This document shows, in pieces, positions 47,542-59,834 of a stretch of 64,000 nt of DNA. How positions within the stretch are numbered: position 1 is the stretch's first letter; each line of letters starts with the position of its first letter. The notes beneath the pieces were generated by a model, which was given only the letters and a program-made list of their open reading frames with translations, was not told the DNA's origin and did not search any database. This DNA is from Pavona decussata (lineage: Eukaryota). Where the stretch lies: positions 1,116,001-1,180,000 of the forward strand of contig CDRNST010000066.1 in assembly GCA_977016875.1 (NCBI GenBank). Reading direction: 5' to 3'. The translations under genes and the position numbers were made by a program.

Positions 47542-50500
47542 TTACTTTTTGTCAAACACCCAAGTTGCGAAATCGTGTTGTTGGCTGTCATCTTCATTTG
47601 AAGGCAGTCGTAGGTATCTACAATGCTTCAGGTCTTCATACAATTTTTCCAAAGCAGCTTGTTTCTGCTCCAAAGCCAGCTTGTCAAGTTCTCTTTGTTT
47701 CTGGAGAGCAACCATTCCATTTAAAAACATGTTAACGTTGAAAACTTTCTTCATCGCTTTCAGCCATTTTGCCCTCGTATCCTCAGAGAGCTCTTGTTCC
47801 TTAGTTGCAAGACTCCCCTGTGTTTTCCTACGTCGAATAGATTCGTTTCTCTTCGTGTTTTCCACTCTGAGCAAGTCCTCTTCAGAACATTGTGCAAGCC
47901 GCTGAGAAGACAACGAGCGTGAACCTGCAGTTAGCTTTTCTCCTCTTCCTGAGGCATTCTTAGAAGTTTTTATTTCCTGACCTTGCTCCATCCCATTTAG
48001 GCCAAGAGACGCCTTACATTTACCAGACACCTTTCTGGTAGCACCTGTTGAACTGTCATCATCCCTTGGTAATTCACGTCGGACGCAAGCAGCGTTATTG
48101 CTTGAACCATCTTCCAAAACACGTTCTTGCTTGATCGGAGGTGGACGTCGACGCTTTAACAAACAAACGGGACCTGAGTGACAGACGGAGCCTTGCTGGC
48201 GAATGTTTGCTCTGCTGCTGCCAAGTAGCTGAAATGAGCCAGACATTCCTTCAGTCTGGTTTGCCGCCTCGGTGTTTTGGTTTGCTGTTGGGGACTTCTG
48301 ATCCTGGAAAACTGGAGGAAGAACATCCAACGATTGCAAGGAATTCAACGAGTTTGATTTTCGGAGTGGAAAGTATGACGGCGGGAAAAGAAGGTTCGTA
48401 CATTGTACATCTTCTGCTGTTGGGAACGCCATCTTGGTTAGTCCACTGTGCTTTTTACCTGTAGTTTTCAAGTCACTCACGAAAGTATCCTCGTATTGTT
48501 CTTCATGTGAAGTTCCTGTTATTAAATCACACAAATTATTAGTTCTCTTGTCCTCTTCAGAATAACTTCTGTTGCGTGGGGTGTCTCGCCCAGATAATAA
48601 CTCTCCCTCTGGCAACGGTTTGCCATTCCATGTTTTGCACCTTATACGGGGAATGACACTCTTCTTTCTTTGTACGTGGGTCACAAAGGTCGTTGTAGCT
48701 TCATCATTCTCGCGCCCCTCCTTCGCAAGATTAGATTGGCTGTCTGGTGACTTGACATCGTCTTCTACGAAAACAGGTGGAATCCATTCAAATTTGCGAT
48801 TGATAGGAGATTGGCAGGTGCCAGCTGACGTGCGATTGACAGGAGATTGGCAGGTGAGAGGTGACGTTGGAGACAGAGGTTCTTGTGTTTTCATGTTGCC
48901 TCTTGAAGGTAATCTTGGGAGCCTAGAAGAGAGTGAATACAAAATAATAACTTAGTGAGAATTTCCAGTGTAGAAAAATCCTGGATCTTTGCATTTTGTT
49001 TAAGGACTTTGCCTGCTACTGAATACAAACGTATATTTGCACAGTTTATCACTTTGCGGGAAAAGTAGATTTTAGTAGACTTTTTTAACAGGTAATTAGA
49101 GGCAACAACAATTCAATGTATGCCATTTTTAACAAAATCGAAACATGCGTGTCTATCCCTTATTTTTGTTTGGATTAGAACAACCTATACTAAGATCTGC
49201 TTTCCCGCCGACCATCCCTAGATGCGCAGAACGTATGCTCAGTAGCAAAGAGAAGCACCGCCCTTGAATTAATCTGAGATAAGTACGCTTACTTCGAATT
49301 CATTTTCACAGTTCTTTGACTGAGAGGATTACAGCGGTTACCAATAACACGCGACCTAACCGTCTTCAAAAGAGTCGGATAAAGTTACGTTTTGGTGGAT
49401 GTCAATCAAACAAAAGCCGTTGAAATTATTTTGAATTCTGACAAGATTCCGGGGTAACCCGGCAAGAAACTAAGAATTTTACCTCGCTAAGATAAGGTAA
49501 ACTTTATTTAAATTGATTTCCGAGCCAGATCAAGCGAAAATAAAAGATAATTTTTGATTTAAAAAATTTAATTTTCACTGCACGTGATAATTTGCTCACT
49601 TGCGTGCATCGCTGATTTTGCACAATTATTACGGGTACGTAGCGATTTAAAATGTTTCAAAAACATACGGCTTCATCTAAACAATGCCCCTTCTTTTAGC
49701 TAAACTGGCTTGGAAATCAACTTTCATAAAGTTTACCATCTGTCCGCGGATAAAACTGCCAATTTCTTGGTTCTGTTGCCTTGAAATGTTCTCAGAATTC
49801 AAAATAATTTCAACGGCTTTTCTATGATTGACGTCCGCCAAAACGCAACTTTATCGGAGTCTTTTGAAGACGATAGGTCGCGTGTTATTGGTAACCTCCG
49901 TAAAGTTTCGACTTTTTTCTGTTTTTGCTTCAACAAAACAAAGCCGAAACTACTCCAAATGTAAATTTGCCCAGCCCAATCAGACAAATTTAAAAATTTG
50001 GGAATGTGACTTCTCTCACCTCCTCATATGTTGGCTCCATTCTTCATCCGTTGAAAACACGTTGTCGCCTTCTGACAGTGAGTCGCACACGTGGATGTAC
50101 TTTAAACTCTGTGAACTTGTCAACCACGGTTTACCCTGTAAAACAAAAAACACAGATCATAACTCTAAACTCTCCTACAAAATTCTCTAGTTTTGCATCT
50201 TCATAAAGTTCATTGCTCCATACGTTTCTATTCTGTTTGACCCGCCGTCCTTTTTATTCCATTGTCTGCCTCGACATCAAGCACCAATGCATATGGCAAA
50301 AAGGGAGCGTGGCGCTTGATGGGAAGAAGTTGTCCCACAACTCCTAGCGCACTGCACTCCTTACAAAAAACCATTCCAAATTTATATTCTATCCAAAATG
50401 TGTCACCCTCGTTAAACAAGGTCGATTAATTTACTATGTTTTAGCTGCACTGAAATAGTTTGAACCCAGGAGTCATTTCATATCAGATGACTTCTGCTCA

Positions 50501-52093
50501 GGTTGTTGAAACGTTCGTCAATGTCGGTCACCTCAAACAGTCATTCTTAGGACTACACTCACCCGGAAGATCATAGTTTGCCAACGTACACTTAATTTTA
50601 TTTAACAAAATCGATAAAACCATTAACTGAATTTCCTACTGTCCACAAGTCTAAACCATTGAATATATACAGCGCGCGTGTGTTTTCTTAGTACTGTTTC
50701 ATCTAAAGTTTTTCCTACAGACAAATTGCAGATGTACAAAGGTTTATGAAATAAAAAGTAACTCTCAACAAACGCAGTTAAACAAAGCGATGTTTTGAAG
50801 CACACGTACTCATACAGACGATGCACCAGTTGTACAACAGAACAAGACGCTGTGAGAGCGGATACTTGGGCGTCGTTGTATTAGGCGTATTTGAGCATGC
50901 ACGTTAGTTCAGTTTTTGATGACGAGTGAACGATAAACGACTCGCTGATAGTCCAAGGCATCACTTTGTAAGTGAGATAAATTAGATGTAGTTCCCGGGT
51001 GTAGTTCAACCGAAAATGTTACGCAAAGGATGAAAAAAAAAAGTAATACATTACTAAGATGTCGGGTTTTGTAACCATGAGTGCATCTAAGATGATGAAT
51101 TTTGGCGACAGAGGAGTATTCGTATGAATACCTTTCCACCCAAATACCCTAATTTTCTGGGCTTTCTGTGACAGACGTTTCAGCTTTTCCACTGGTATTC
51201 CATATTGGGCGCACAATCGCGTCAAAACACACCCGTGAAATCAATTGCCAATTAAAACTAGCTTGAGGAGATCTCAATTCAATCACATTTATTTTCACTG
51301 TAACACCATTTTCCTTTGGTAGACTAGGTATAGTTACCTTCATAGTTTTCTCCGACACATCACTACGATCATCAAACACAATTTCAACAGATTTTGCTGA
51401 TAATGCACAGAAAAGTATTGCTCAAGAGCCTTCATTTGAATGGTCACACTTTAGGATTTCATCCACTGACTCAAAAGTTAGAACCGCCCGGCTTGTACAA
51501 CATAACAAACAGCACTTAAGGATTTCATCCACAGACTCAAACGTTAGAACCACCTTGTACAGAATAATAAACAGCACCACAGGAGGTATTACTCAGTAGC
51601 TTTCATTTGAATGGTCACACTTTAGCCATTATTTAATCCACAAGTTTAAAAGTTGGAACATACTACAGTACACCAATAAACGTTTGACAATGGGAAAGCG
51701 TTAAAATCTAAAGACATCATTGATAGGCCGTCGCCAAAAGGTTAAACAGCCTTTACGTCTTAATCTTAAGTTTTGAAAACACATAAATCACTTGCACAGG
51801 TCTCGAGAAGAACAAATGTTAAAAGATAACCTACAAACCTCCGACTGAGGGTTTAAGCTTCCTTTGTTCAACTGAACCCCATTTGAGTCGACTCTCTTGA
51901 GAACCAAATTTCCAAGCCGTTGTTCCTGCTTCATTTTCAACAGCCTCGTCTCTGAACGATATCTTCTCAACAGTCTTTTCTCCTCAAGCTCTATAGAGCC
52001 AAGTTTGTTTTTAAGGACGCGCTCCTCCATTCTGTTTCTTAGTATGGCAAAGAAGTCTTGAACTGACAGGGTTCCATAAATGCCGTAACTCAT
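47542..52093 (-). CDS. Uncharacterised 583-aa protein: N-terminal coiled coil (weakly CCDC190-like), long disordered Ser/Pro-rich middle, C-terminal helix ending LKHCRYLR. Exons 52093-51839, 50135-50020, 48922-47542
   Basis: Exon 1 ends NPQSE (GAG|GTTTGT, phase 0). Exon 2 runs TTTTACAG|GKPWLTSS...QHMR-R (AG|GTGAGA, phase 2). Exon 3 starts CTCTTCTAG|G and joins the 466-aa ORF in frame. Total 1752 nt = 583 aa plus stop. Confidence 0.8.
50458..50590 (+). mobile_element. Penelope-like element terminal (pLTR) remnant with a degenerate hammerhead-like core
   Basis: AGATGACTTCTGCTCAGGTTGTTGAAACGTTCGTCA...GACTACACTCACCCGGAAGATCA resembles Penelope-associated repeats I recall from cnidarians; the CTGAAGA box is not intact. 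Recognition is from memory, not a database search. Confidence 0.45.
51405..51665 (+). repeat. ~105-bp minisatellite, ~2.5 units (intron 1 of the 583-aa gene); a further decayed copy lies at 52490-52665
   Basis: CTTCATTTGAATGGTCACACTTTAGGATTTCATCCACTGACTCAAAAGTTAGAACC matches the 44686 unit. Confidence 0.8.
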
Positions 52094-53879
52094 GTCACAT
52101 TTAAACGATTCTTTTGTGCAAATTATTCTAAATGGTCCGCAAAATTAAAGGGGCTAACTTTTTTTCTTTATGCCGTTCGTTCGAAATTGACCGACAACTT
52201 TGACAGTTTATTAACCTGGTTAATGGCGCTCTCATTCAATTAGATTCCACAACCTTTGTGTTTGGTGAATCGTCAAGAGAGTAAAGATTTAAGGCAGACT
52301 TAACTAGTCAATTAAGCAGCTTTTGTGGATTATTGAGTCAATATTTTTTTATATTTCCGGTTAAAAGCTGCAAACAAGAATCCAAATTACCTTTTCAGTT
52401 AATATCAAGGTAGTCGAACTTCAAAACTGGAAGGCAATACCAAATTTTAGTCAAAGAACGTTTGAAAATTGAACAACATCGTAGGAAAATCCTTTTCAAT
52501 TGCCTTAATGTGAATGGCCATATTTAACGATTTCATCCTCAGACTCAACAGGCCAACTAAATTGAACAGCAACGCATAGCAAAAAGCACTGTACAGGAAA
52601 GATCTGTTTAATCGCTTTCGTTTGAGAAATTACACTTTATAATTTCAACTACAGACTTGAATGTAAACGTTGTATCAGTGTATGAATCACGGATTGAATC
52701 TGGGAGAGGGTTAGCAAGGACAAAATTAAACCCTACACTTTGAAGTCTTGAATGCGAGTTACGAATGAACCTTCATCCATCCTTTGCTCTCACTCACTGC
52801 TTTGCCTTGTAAATGCTGATGAATTAAAGTTCATTCAAATGAAAAAAAAAAAACGAAAATGTTACACCAAAGATGACATTTAGAGGTTAGTATTCCAGCT
52901 TATACTTTGAAGCTTAAAAGCGTAGTTGAATGATTTGGTTGTGCAGTGCTCATTCGAAGAGTATTTAGGCTAATGTTTTACCCCAATTAGTCTAAGAAAA
53001 TTAAGCCTATTCAGATTAAAAAAGTGCGCAACCTATTTGAAAAGATCTTTCTGTCTTATTGTTTTCAAGGGCGTCATTTACTTAATCAATTTGCACTTAA
53101 CATAAAACAAAATGGATTCGAAAATAATTTAATTCAGCTCCTCCCTCGTCGGCCACTGAAGAAAACAAGCTACGTAAAAAGCTAGCATTCCAACTGTACA
53201 ATAGCTAGAAAACCGAACCGAACTGAACTGAAGCTTGACTTTGGCTATTAGAGGACCAAAGTTTCCTTGTGCTTTGTTGTTGTTAAGGTGAATTTTCAAG
53301 CATCATCTAACATGGGTTACCAAGGCAAACCTTGTTCTCTGGTCTAGTTTGTCCATGAAATTATAAACAGGAAACCTAACATATTACCAATTACTTATAA
53401 GTTGTTTCTTGTCTCGTAGTGACAGTTGCCATGCCAACAAAGCGTACAAAGAGAAGTGGATTTTTTTTTTTTTTCAACGTTTCATCTTAATTCTTTCCTA
53501 TCTCGAGTTTCCTTCAGTGAAATTTTACAACTTTCCTGTCTTGTTTAAACACTTTAAACTAATGTTTTGGAGGAAAAATGTTCAGATGTTTTTTTTTTTT
53601 TTCAAATGAAGTGAAGTAATCTTTTCATATGAAAATCATGTTCACATGTAAACACTCAGTACAGACAAAAACAACCTCGCGTCCACAGGATCCTCAGAGG
53701 ACCCCGGGAACGAGGTTGAAGTGACAGCGCAATGAACCAATCATAACTCGAACAATACATGCAGCCGGTGCCAAGCGCTGGAAAACGAGTGCGAGCAAGG
53801 CATGATTGGTAAATTTATTTATACACGGTTAGATTTAACCTGGAAACTTGTGAGACCGTGTAATCAAAAAAATATTTTA

Positions 53880-54076
53880 AACAGAACAGAAACTCTTTAA
53901 AAATCCCAACTGGCAAGGAGGCTTACCAGCTGGTTATTTACAAAGCGTGGGCGAGGATTTCAACAGGGGACTACCCCAAAACGAATCCAAGCCAGTGGAC
54001 AGAGTAGGGACTTGAACCTGGGGCCTCCAGATTATGAGCCCGCGCCTGAGTCTAACCACTCGACCACACCGCCTCC
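53880..54076 (-). mobile_element. tRNA-derived SINE (same family as 5727-6755)
   Basis: Minus strand: GAGGCGGTGTGGTCGAGTGGTTAG (A box) ... GGTTCAAGTCC (B box) ... TGTAAATAACCAGCTGGTAAGCCTCCTTGCCAGTTGGGATT. Confidence 0.72.
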
Positions 54077-56002
54077 TTGTTTGATTCCCACTGATTGAGA
54101 ACGTGGCGCGAGTCACAGAACAGTTATGTAAACTTAGAGTAAGCCTCAGTGAATTACTCTCAACACTCAATTGAAGAACACTCTGATAAACGTTTGTATC
54201 AAAACAATTAGCTCTCGTTCTCTATCACGTGAAAGTTGATAAGCGTACAGCCTGAATCAACTGTCACTCGGTAGAAATGTCGAGCTCACTCTCATTGTCA
54301 AATAGAAACGAGGACAAATTACAGTTCGTCTTTCCATACGGTGCGAGTAGCCTTTCTACTTCTCTCAGATTCTATGCTTGTGGAAATGAAACAAGGAGGG
54401 ATTAGGGAGAGAGAGCTTCCTCTTTTCTGTGCCTCGATTTGGAAAAAAACAGGGACTGATCGCAGTCTAGTCACTCCACATTGTTCAGTTTCTCGTTCGA
54501 TCAAGCTTATGCTCGTGTTAACGTTTTTATTAATTCTATACAAACAGACAAAATCTTCCCAATCTCCTATGACAGACTATGAGTTTCCATAGAGTTACAG
54601 AAATGGGGCTTTCAACCCGGCATTCAGAGTGTTCGCTCAGAACAGGTAATAAGAAGGGCAACAAGATATGTGTTTCACATTTGAGAATGCTAGGTAGTAA
54701 CAATGGCGTGTAATACATAAATAAACAAAAGAAATAAATCACTTCATTTAAGGGTCGAGCGCAAATGGAACATGAATACATGTATACTGAGACACATCAA
54801 CCGCAAGATAACAGCTTCGTTTTATTTACATGAAGCACTAGTACACCTGTGACAATATCATTTGTATAGTTATAGATTGTCGTACATAAATATTATCTTT
54901 ATACTTCAAGGCCAATTTATACCTAAAGTGTCATAAACGTCTTAATCAGAAAATACCAGGCAGAATTTTGCGTACATTCGGATTAATCCAAAATACAGTC
55001 CATTAACAGAACGAGAAATGGCATCCAACAGGCAAAACAGGATCAAAAAACTCCAGTAAAACACAACTAGTTATAAGTTATTTTCGAATAAAAAACGGGT
55101 CCACATTGCGACAAGGGAAAAATAAAATTGGGCGTGCGCATGTCATTACACTTCCCCTCTGACGTGAAGGAGATGATCGAAATTTGGGTTCGAGCTACCA
55201 TTGCAAACGTGAACCGATTCTAGGTTTAAACTCAACCGTTTCACGTATTCGCATAAAATGCTACCTATTACTTTTTTACTTATTATACTACTAAATAAAT
55301 ATAATATGACTAATTTCGAGCGCTCAGCGCCAATTTAAAATAATTATTATTATCATGAACAAATCCACAAAATAACCAGTTGCTGAATTTTTTATTCTTT
55401 ACGTAAAGGAATGAAAGGGAATATTTGAATTAAAAATCAACATAAGTGACCTTTATAACAAGGTAAAAAAATACATGTTTTGAAAGAATCTGAATGGTCC
55501 CTATAATATATTCTCTCGGTATCACTGCTATCGGGTGAACCAATTGTAAGCCTATTAGGCTAATTTTATACCCCGGCATTAGGGCGCGTAGATTTTAATT
55601 CAGGCCACAGAAAAACCGAGAAAAATTGCAGTAAATCGACTCAATAACACAGTTTTCAATCAAGTTTTTAAAAGCAACTTCGCCTTTGCTTTACCACGCT
55701 TTGTGACTGGTAAGAAAAACTTGAGACACTTCCTTTCCCAAAGAAAAGAAAAACCAAAACCAATCGCGCCTCGCTCGCACGCGTTTTCCCGCGCTTGGGG
55801 CTGGTTACACGTATTTGCTTCGAATTGTGATTGGTTCATTGAGCTGCTTTCGTCTGCCCCTGATTGGCTAAAGTAATTACTTTGACACTCAGCTGAAAAC
55901 TGCTCCAAGCACTCAAACAACAAATAATACGCTTCAAAGTTTAGAGGCGCATGGCGAAATTTTATTGGACGTAGAAGAGATGTGACTAATTAATCCTTAA
56001 TT

Positions 56003-58616
56003 TTAACTATCTCGTAGCTCTTCTTGATTATTTTGTCCGTCCATTTGCTCTAAAGGCACATAACCTTCTTGCTCTTGTTGCCTCTTGCCTTCCACACTGT
56101 GACGTAGACCATAAAATAAATAAATTGATAAACCTGTGGAAAAACAGAACAAGAAATTGTAAGATACCCTAATTAGAAACAACTGGCTGTTTACTGGTTG
56201 AATTAATTAAGTGTCTCTATTAAGACGAAGCCTGATAAAGAAACATTAATGTAAAATGATTTTTGTTTAAAAGTAAATGAAAACTTCATGCATGCGGCCA
56301 AGTATTACTCAAAATCGCGCGAAACAATTATCCCAGAGGCAACGAACGATGGCATCAATTCCGAATGGACTATTTTACGCAACCGATCCCGAGTCTCGTA
56401 AAAGATACTACACAAAATAAAGATTGCCAAAAATACGAACCGAATTAGGAGCAAGTGTGTTCTCGACTAAGGCTATATGGAGAAAAGTTGTCCCGGGAAA
56501 GAGGGTCACCCTCCCAGCCGAGTCAACTTCAGCGAGTGTTTATATGAGAAAAAAGTTGACCCCTTTGCCCAACAGCCCTCGCGCATGCTCTGATTGTCTC
56601 GCCTTGACGGAGTTGACCCGGCGAGGCAAGCCAAAGTGTATATATGGAAAAAAGTTGGCCCGGCTAGGAGGGTGACCCTACCATCGAAAAAGGGTGACCC
56701 GGCTAGGCGAGTGACCCTTCTACCCGGGACAACTTTTTTCCATACAAACAGACTACTGTTGAAACGAAACATTTATTACGTTAAAGCGAAATTATTTCTG
56801 AAGCTGGTACAACGACAGGTCTGGAGAGCAAAAAACTATTTCATTTCGAATAACAAAATCTTAGCGGGAGTTTTTATCCCAGTTATAAGCTATATCGGAC
56901 ACAATACCCCTCAAAACCCATTAACTTAATTTATTTTGCTAATCGGTTTTGCGGTTATCCGTGTGCACAAATTGCGAACCTATGATTTTGGCAAAGGCCG
57001 AGAATCTCACCTATCGCCATCCAAACTGCAAACCGCATCCACGTGGCCGGGTTAAGTTCCATCATAAGATAAATATTGATAAACATGGACGCGAGAGGCA
57101 GACAAGGAACGAGCGGAACCTTGAACGGTAATGGCGTTAGACTTTTGGGTTGCATACTCAACACAATAATGGCAGCTACGAAAACTATGACCAACAACAC
57201 TGCGAGTAAAATGGCCCACGCCTCGCCTTGATACATGGGAATAAGGCCATTGATCAGAAACGCGCTAAAACAGAAAAAGTAAAAGAATAAAAACCAAATC
57301 ACGCGTTTTGAAATCATCCCTGTTCGTTCCGTTGGCTCTCGTGCCGGTTTCGTCGACTCGGAACTCGAATTTACGTCTTCCTCGGTGCTTTTCACAAAGC
57401 CGATGGTACCGGGTTGATATCGTAAAATAAGCACTGAGGTGGATACGATTGTGTACGCTTGAAGTGTCCCTATGGACATCATTTCTACAAGGGCCTGCAG
57501 CTCGAAGATCATTGCGAGAAATCCGGCCAGAACCCCTGAGAAAAGTGTTCCAACAAAAGGGACCTCGGTGGTCTTACTGACGCAAGCGAAACTTTTGAAA
57601 ATAAGTCCGTCCGAGGCCATGGCATAGAGCAGGCGCGGCAGAGGGAAAAGCCCGCCGTTTATAGCTGCTGTCATTCCACAAAGCGCGCCGACCGCAATAA
57701 TATACTTAGCAAAGTACGCTCCTCGGTGTTCAAAGGCTTTCGGCAACGCCGCCCCATAATCCAACTTGTTATAAGGCCAGATCAAAGTGACGGCAGCAGA
57801 AACGCCAAAATACGCCAAGAAACAAATCGTTAATGCTATCAAAATAGACAACGGAATGGTTCTGCTTGGGTTTTTCGCTTCTTCACCCGCTGTTGCAATG
57901 ACGTCAAAGCCAACGAAAGCAAAGAATGCCGTGGCGGAGCCCGCGAGGACGCCCGAAGGTCCGTACGGCATGAAATTGGACCAGTACTGCGGTCTGGCCA
58001 GGATAACACCCATGACAATGATAAAGACAATGACAACGATGTTTATACAAGTCACGCCGAATATGAACACAGTAGATTTTTTAACACCAAACAATTGAAT
58101 AATCATAAGGATGCTTATGATCCCGACTGCTAAGAAATCAGGATAACTGCCTAGTCCATCGATCTGTATGGATCCAACATGTTCAAGAACCCAAAATCTA
58201 ACTTTATCGTGTATCATGGAATCGAAATAGGCACTCCACGCTCGTCCAATTGCTGCAGCCCCTATCATATACTCCATTACAAGATTCCAACCAATGATAA
58301 AAGCGACTAACTCCCCAACAGTCACATAACTATAAACGTAGGCTGAACCAGCTTTGGGCACGCGTGCGCCGAATTCAGCGTAACAAAGTCCAGACAACAC
58401 CGACGCGATTCCAGCGATTAGAAATGAGATCACTGTAGAAGGGCCAGCAACATCGCGAGCAATTTCACAAGCAATGACGTACACGCCAGCACCAAGAGTA
58501 CAACCAACGCCTAGAGCGGTTAAATCGAGTAGAGACAAACAACGAGCGAGTTTTGTTTCCGATAAGCTCGCTAAATCAATGCACTTGCGTCTTGAAAATT
58601 TTCGAAAGCAGCCCAT
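56003..58616 (-). CDS. Cationic amino acid transporter, SLC7A1-4/CAT family, body B (578 aa). Exons 58616-57011 and 56133-56003
   Basis: GCTLGAGVYV, CYAEFGARVPKAGSAY, GFDVIATAGEE, EMMSIGTL and FKVPLVP motifs. Donor ATAG|GTGAGA (phase 1) and acceptor TTTTTCCACAG|GT give GLSIYLFYGLRHSVEGKRQQEQEGYVPLEQMDGQNNQEELRDS*. AATAAA (minus strand) at 55966-55961. Confidence 0.92.
56470..56754. mobile_element. MITE (Harbinger-like) in the CAT terminal intron
   Basis: ATATGGAGAAAAGTTGTCCCGGG / CCCGGGACAACTTTTTTCCATAC inverted ends; internal repeats of AGGGTGACCC and ATATG.AAAAAAGTTG. Confidence 0.72.
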
Positions 58617-59823
58617 GCCTCCTTGACAATGAACAAAAGTCTGCCTGTGAAAGCTGTACTTAGCGGCTTAAACTGGCTAAATTTTAAAGAAACTGTGTCT
58701 TTCCTTTCTTGTTTGTTTGCTCACGATAGTTGAAGACCCATATTTACAAAAGCTCGGTTTTCCTTCCGTGAAAAAATCCAAATCTCTGATTAAAAACCAC
58801 GGTGAATTTCTTGATGATTACAAGATGCGCCACGTACATTCACCCTGTTACGTACCACACTGATGACGTATCAGTTCTCCTTACTTGTTTTCACCCGCTG
58901 AGAGAACCTAGTTATGAGAATCTAGCTTAAAATCAAAAAAACTTGTATATTCTTCGTATTTTTCGTCACGTTCATGGCCTACCAGTTCCATTTGTAAATC
59001 TAAGGAGAACTGAGATTGTGATCATGTATGTGAAAAAGACCTGTAGTTTATAAATAGACCGGTTTCAACCGGTAGTTTTACAGGTAAAAAAATATTGAAA
59101 AAGAGTTGAATGAAATACCAAATACTTTTTAGTTCTAACAGCCGTCGTAGCTAAAAAATTGTAACAGTTGTAACAGTCTGAAAGACAAATGATCAAAGAC
59201 GAACAAATGGGGGACGGGGATATTTAATTTTTTTTTTTTTTTGTCTTACATTTGAGCAACTGTTATTTATTTGTTCTGTTTGTTTATATTTGGGATTAAC
59301 TAGTTTACTTTTTGAGTTCAGCGAATGGTGTCACACTAGTTCATCTTTAGGAACAGGTTTCTTAAATAAGATTAAAAGCAGCCAGTCTTTAAATCAAGAC
59401 AGTACGTTACGCAAGTTCATAGTGGCTGGTTCGATCAAGAATCTAACGTCCCGTCAGTGTAATTAAAAGCAATCGGCAAAGAACGGCTTAAAATAACTTG
59501 AATTTGCTCTATTTGATTTCTTAAATTAAATAACTGTTTACATGTTTTGTTTTGTTTTGTTTTTTTTTTCTTTCCTAGTAGAATTATTAAGTGGTTGTCG
59601 CCTAAAAAGGAGCTTAAAACAGTTTTGCAACTCGTCACCATTGAAGAAAGTTTCAATTTCCGAGTTAATAATTATTATCTTGGTTAACTGGTATCAGTGT
59701 CAATTTTTTTTTACCGTTACCCGGTCAGCAATGTAATTTCTTTAAGGTCATCTGTGCAAAGCGCCAGAATTTAATTGAGTGAAAATTAAACAAATGAATT
59801 TAACTTTTATCCTCACTCCTGAC

Positions 59824-59834
59824 TGCGCATGCGC
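59824..59834. promoter_or_regulatory. NRF1-type palindrome TGCGCATGCGC, candidate element of an internal promoter for CAT body B; a CRE/ATF-like TGATGACGTA lies at 58861-58870
   Basis: Consensus motif matches about 1.2 kb and 0.25 kb upstream of ATG 58616 on the minus strand. Motif-level evidence only. Confidence 0.3.

Noticed and set aside
50481-50525. Active hammerhead in the Penelope-like remnant
   Set aside because: The CUGANGA box is missing (reads ATCAGATGA), so it is not expected to cleave.
58617-58645. Fusion of CAT body A to body B via the acceptor CTTTCACAG at 58645, giving a double-length transporter
   Set aside because: A phase-1 donor joined here leaves 26 nt before the ATG at 58616, which is out of frame; more likely a 5' UTR acceptor or coincidence.
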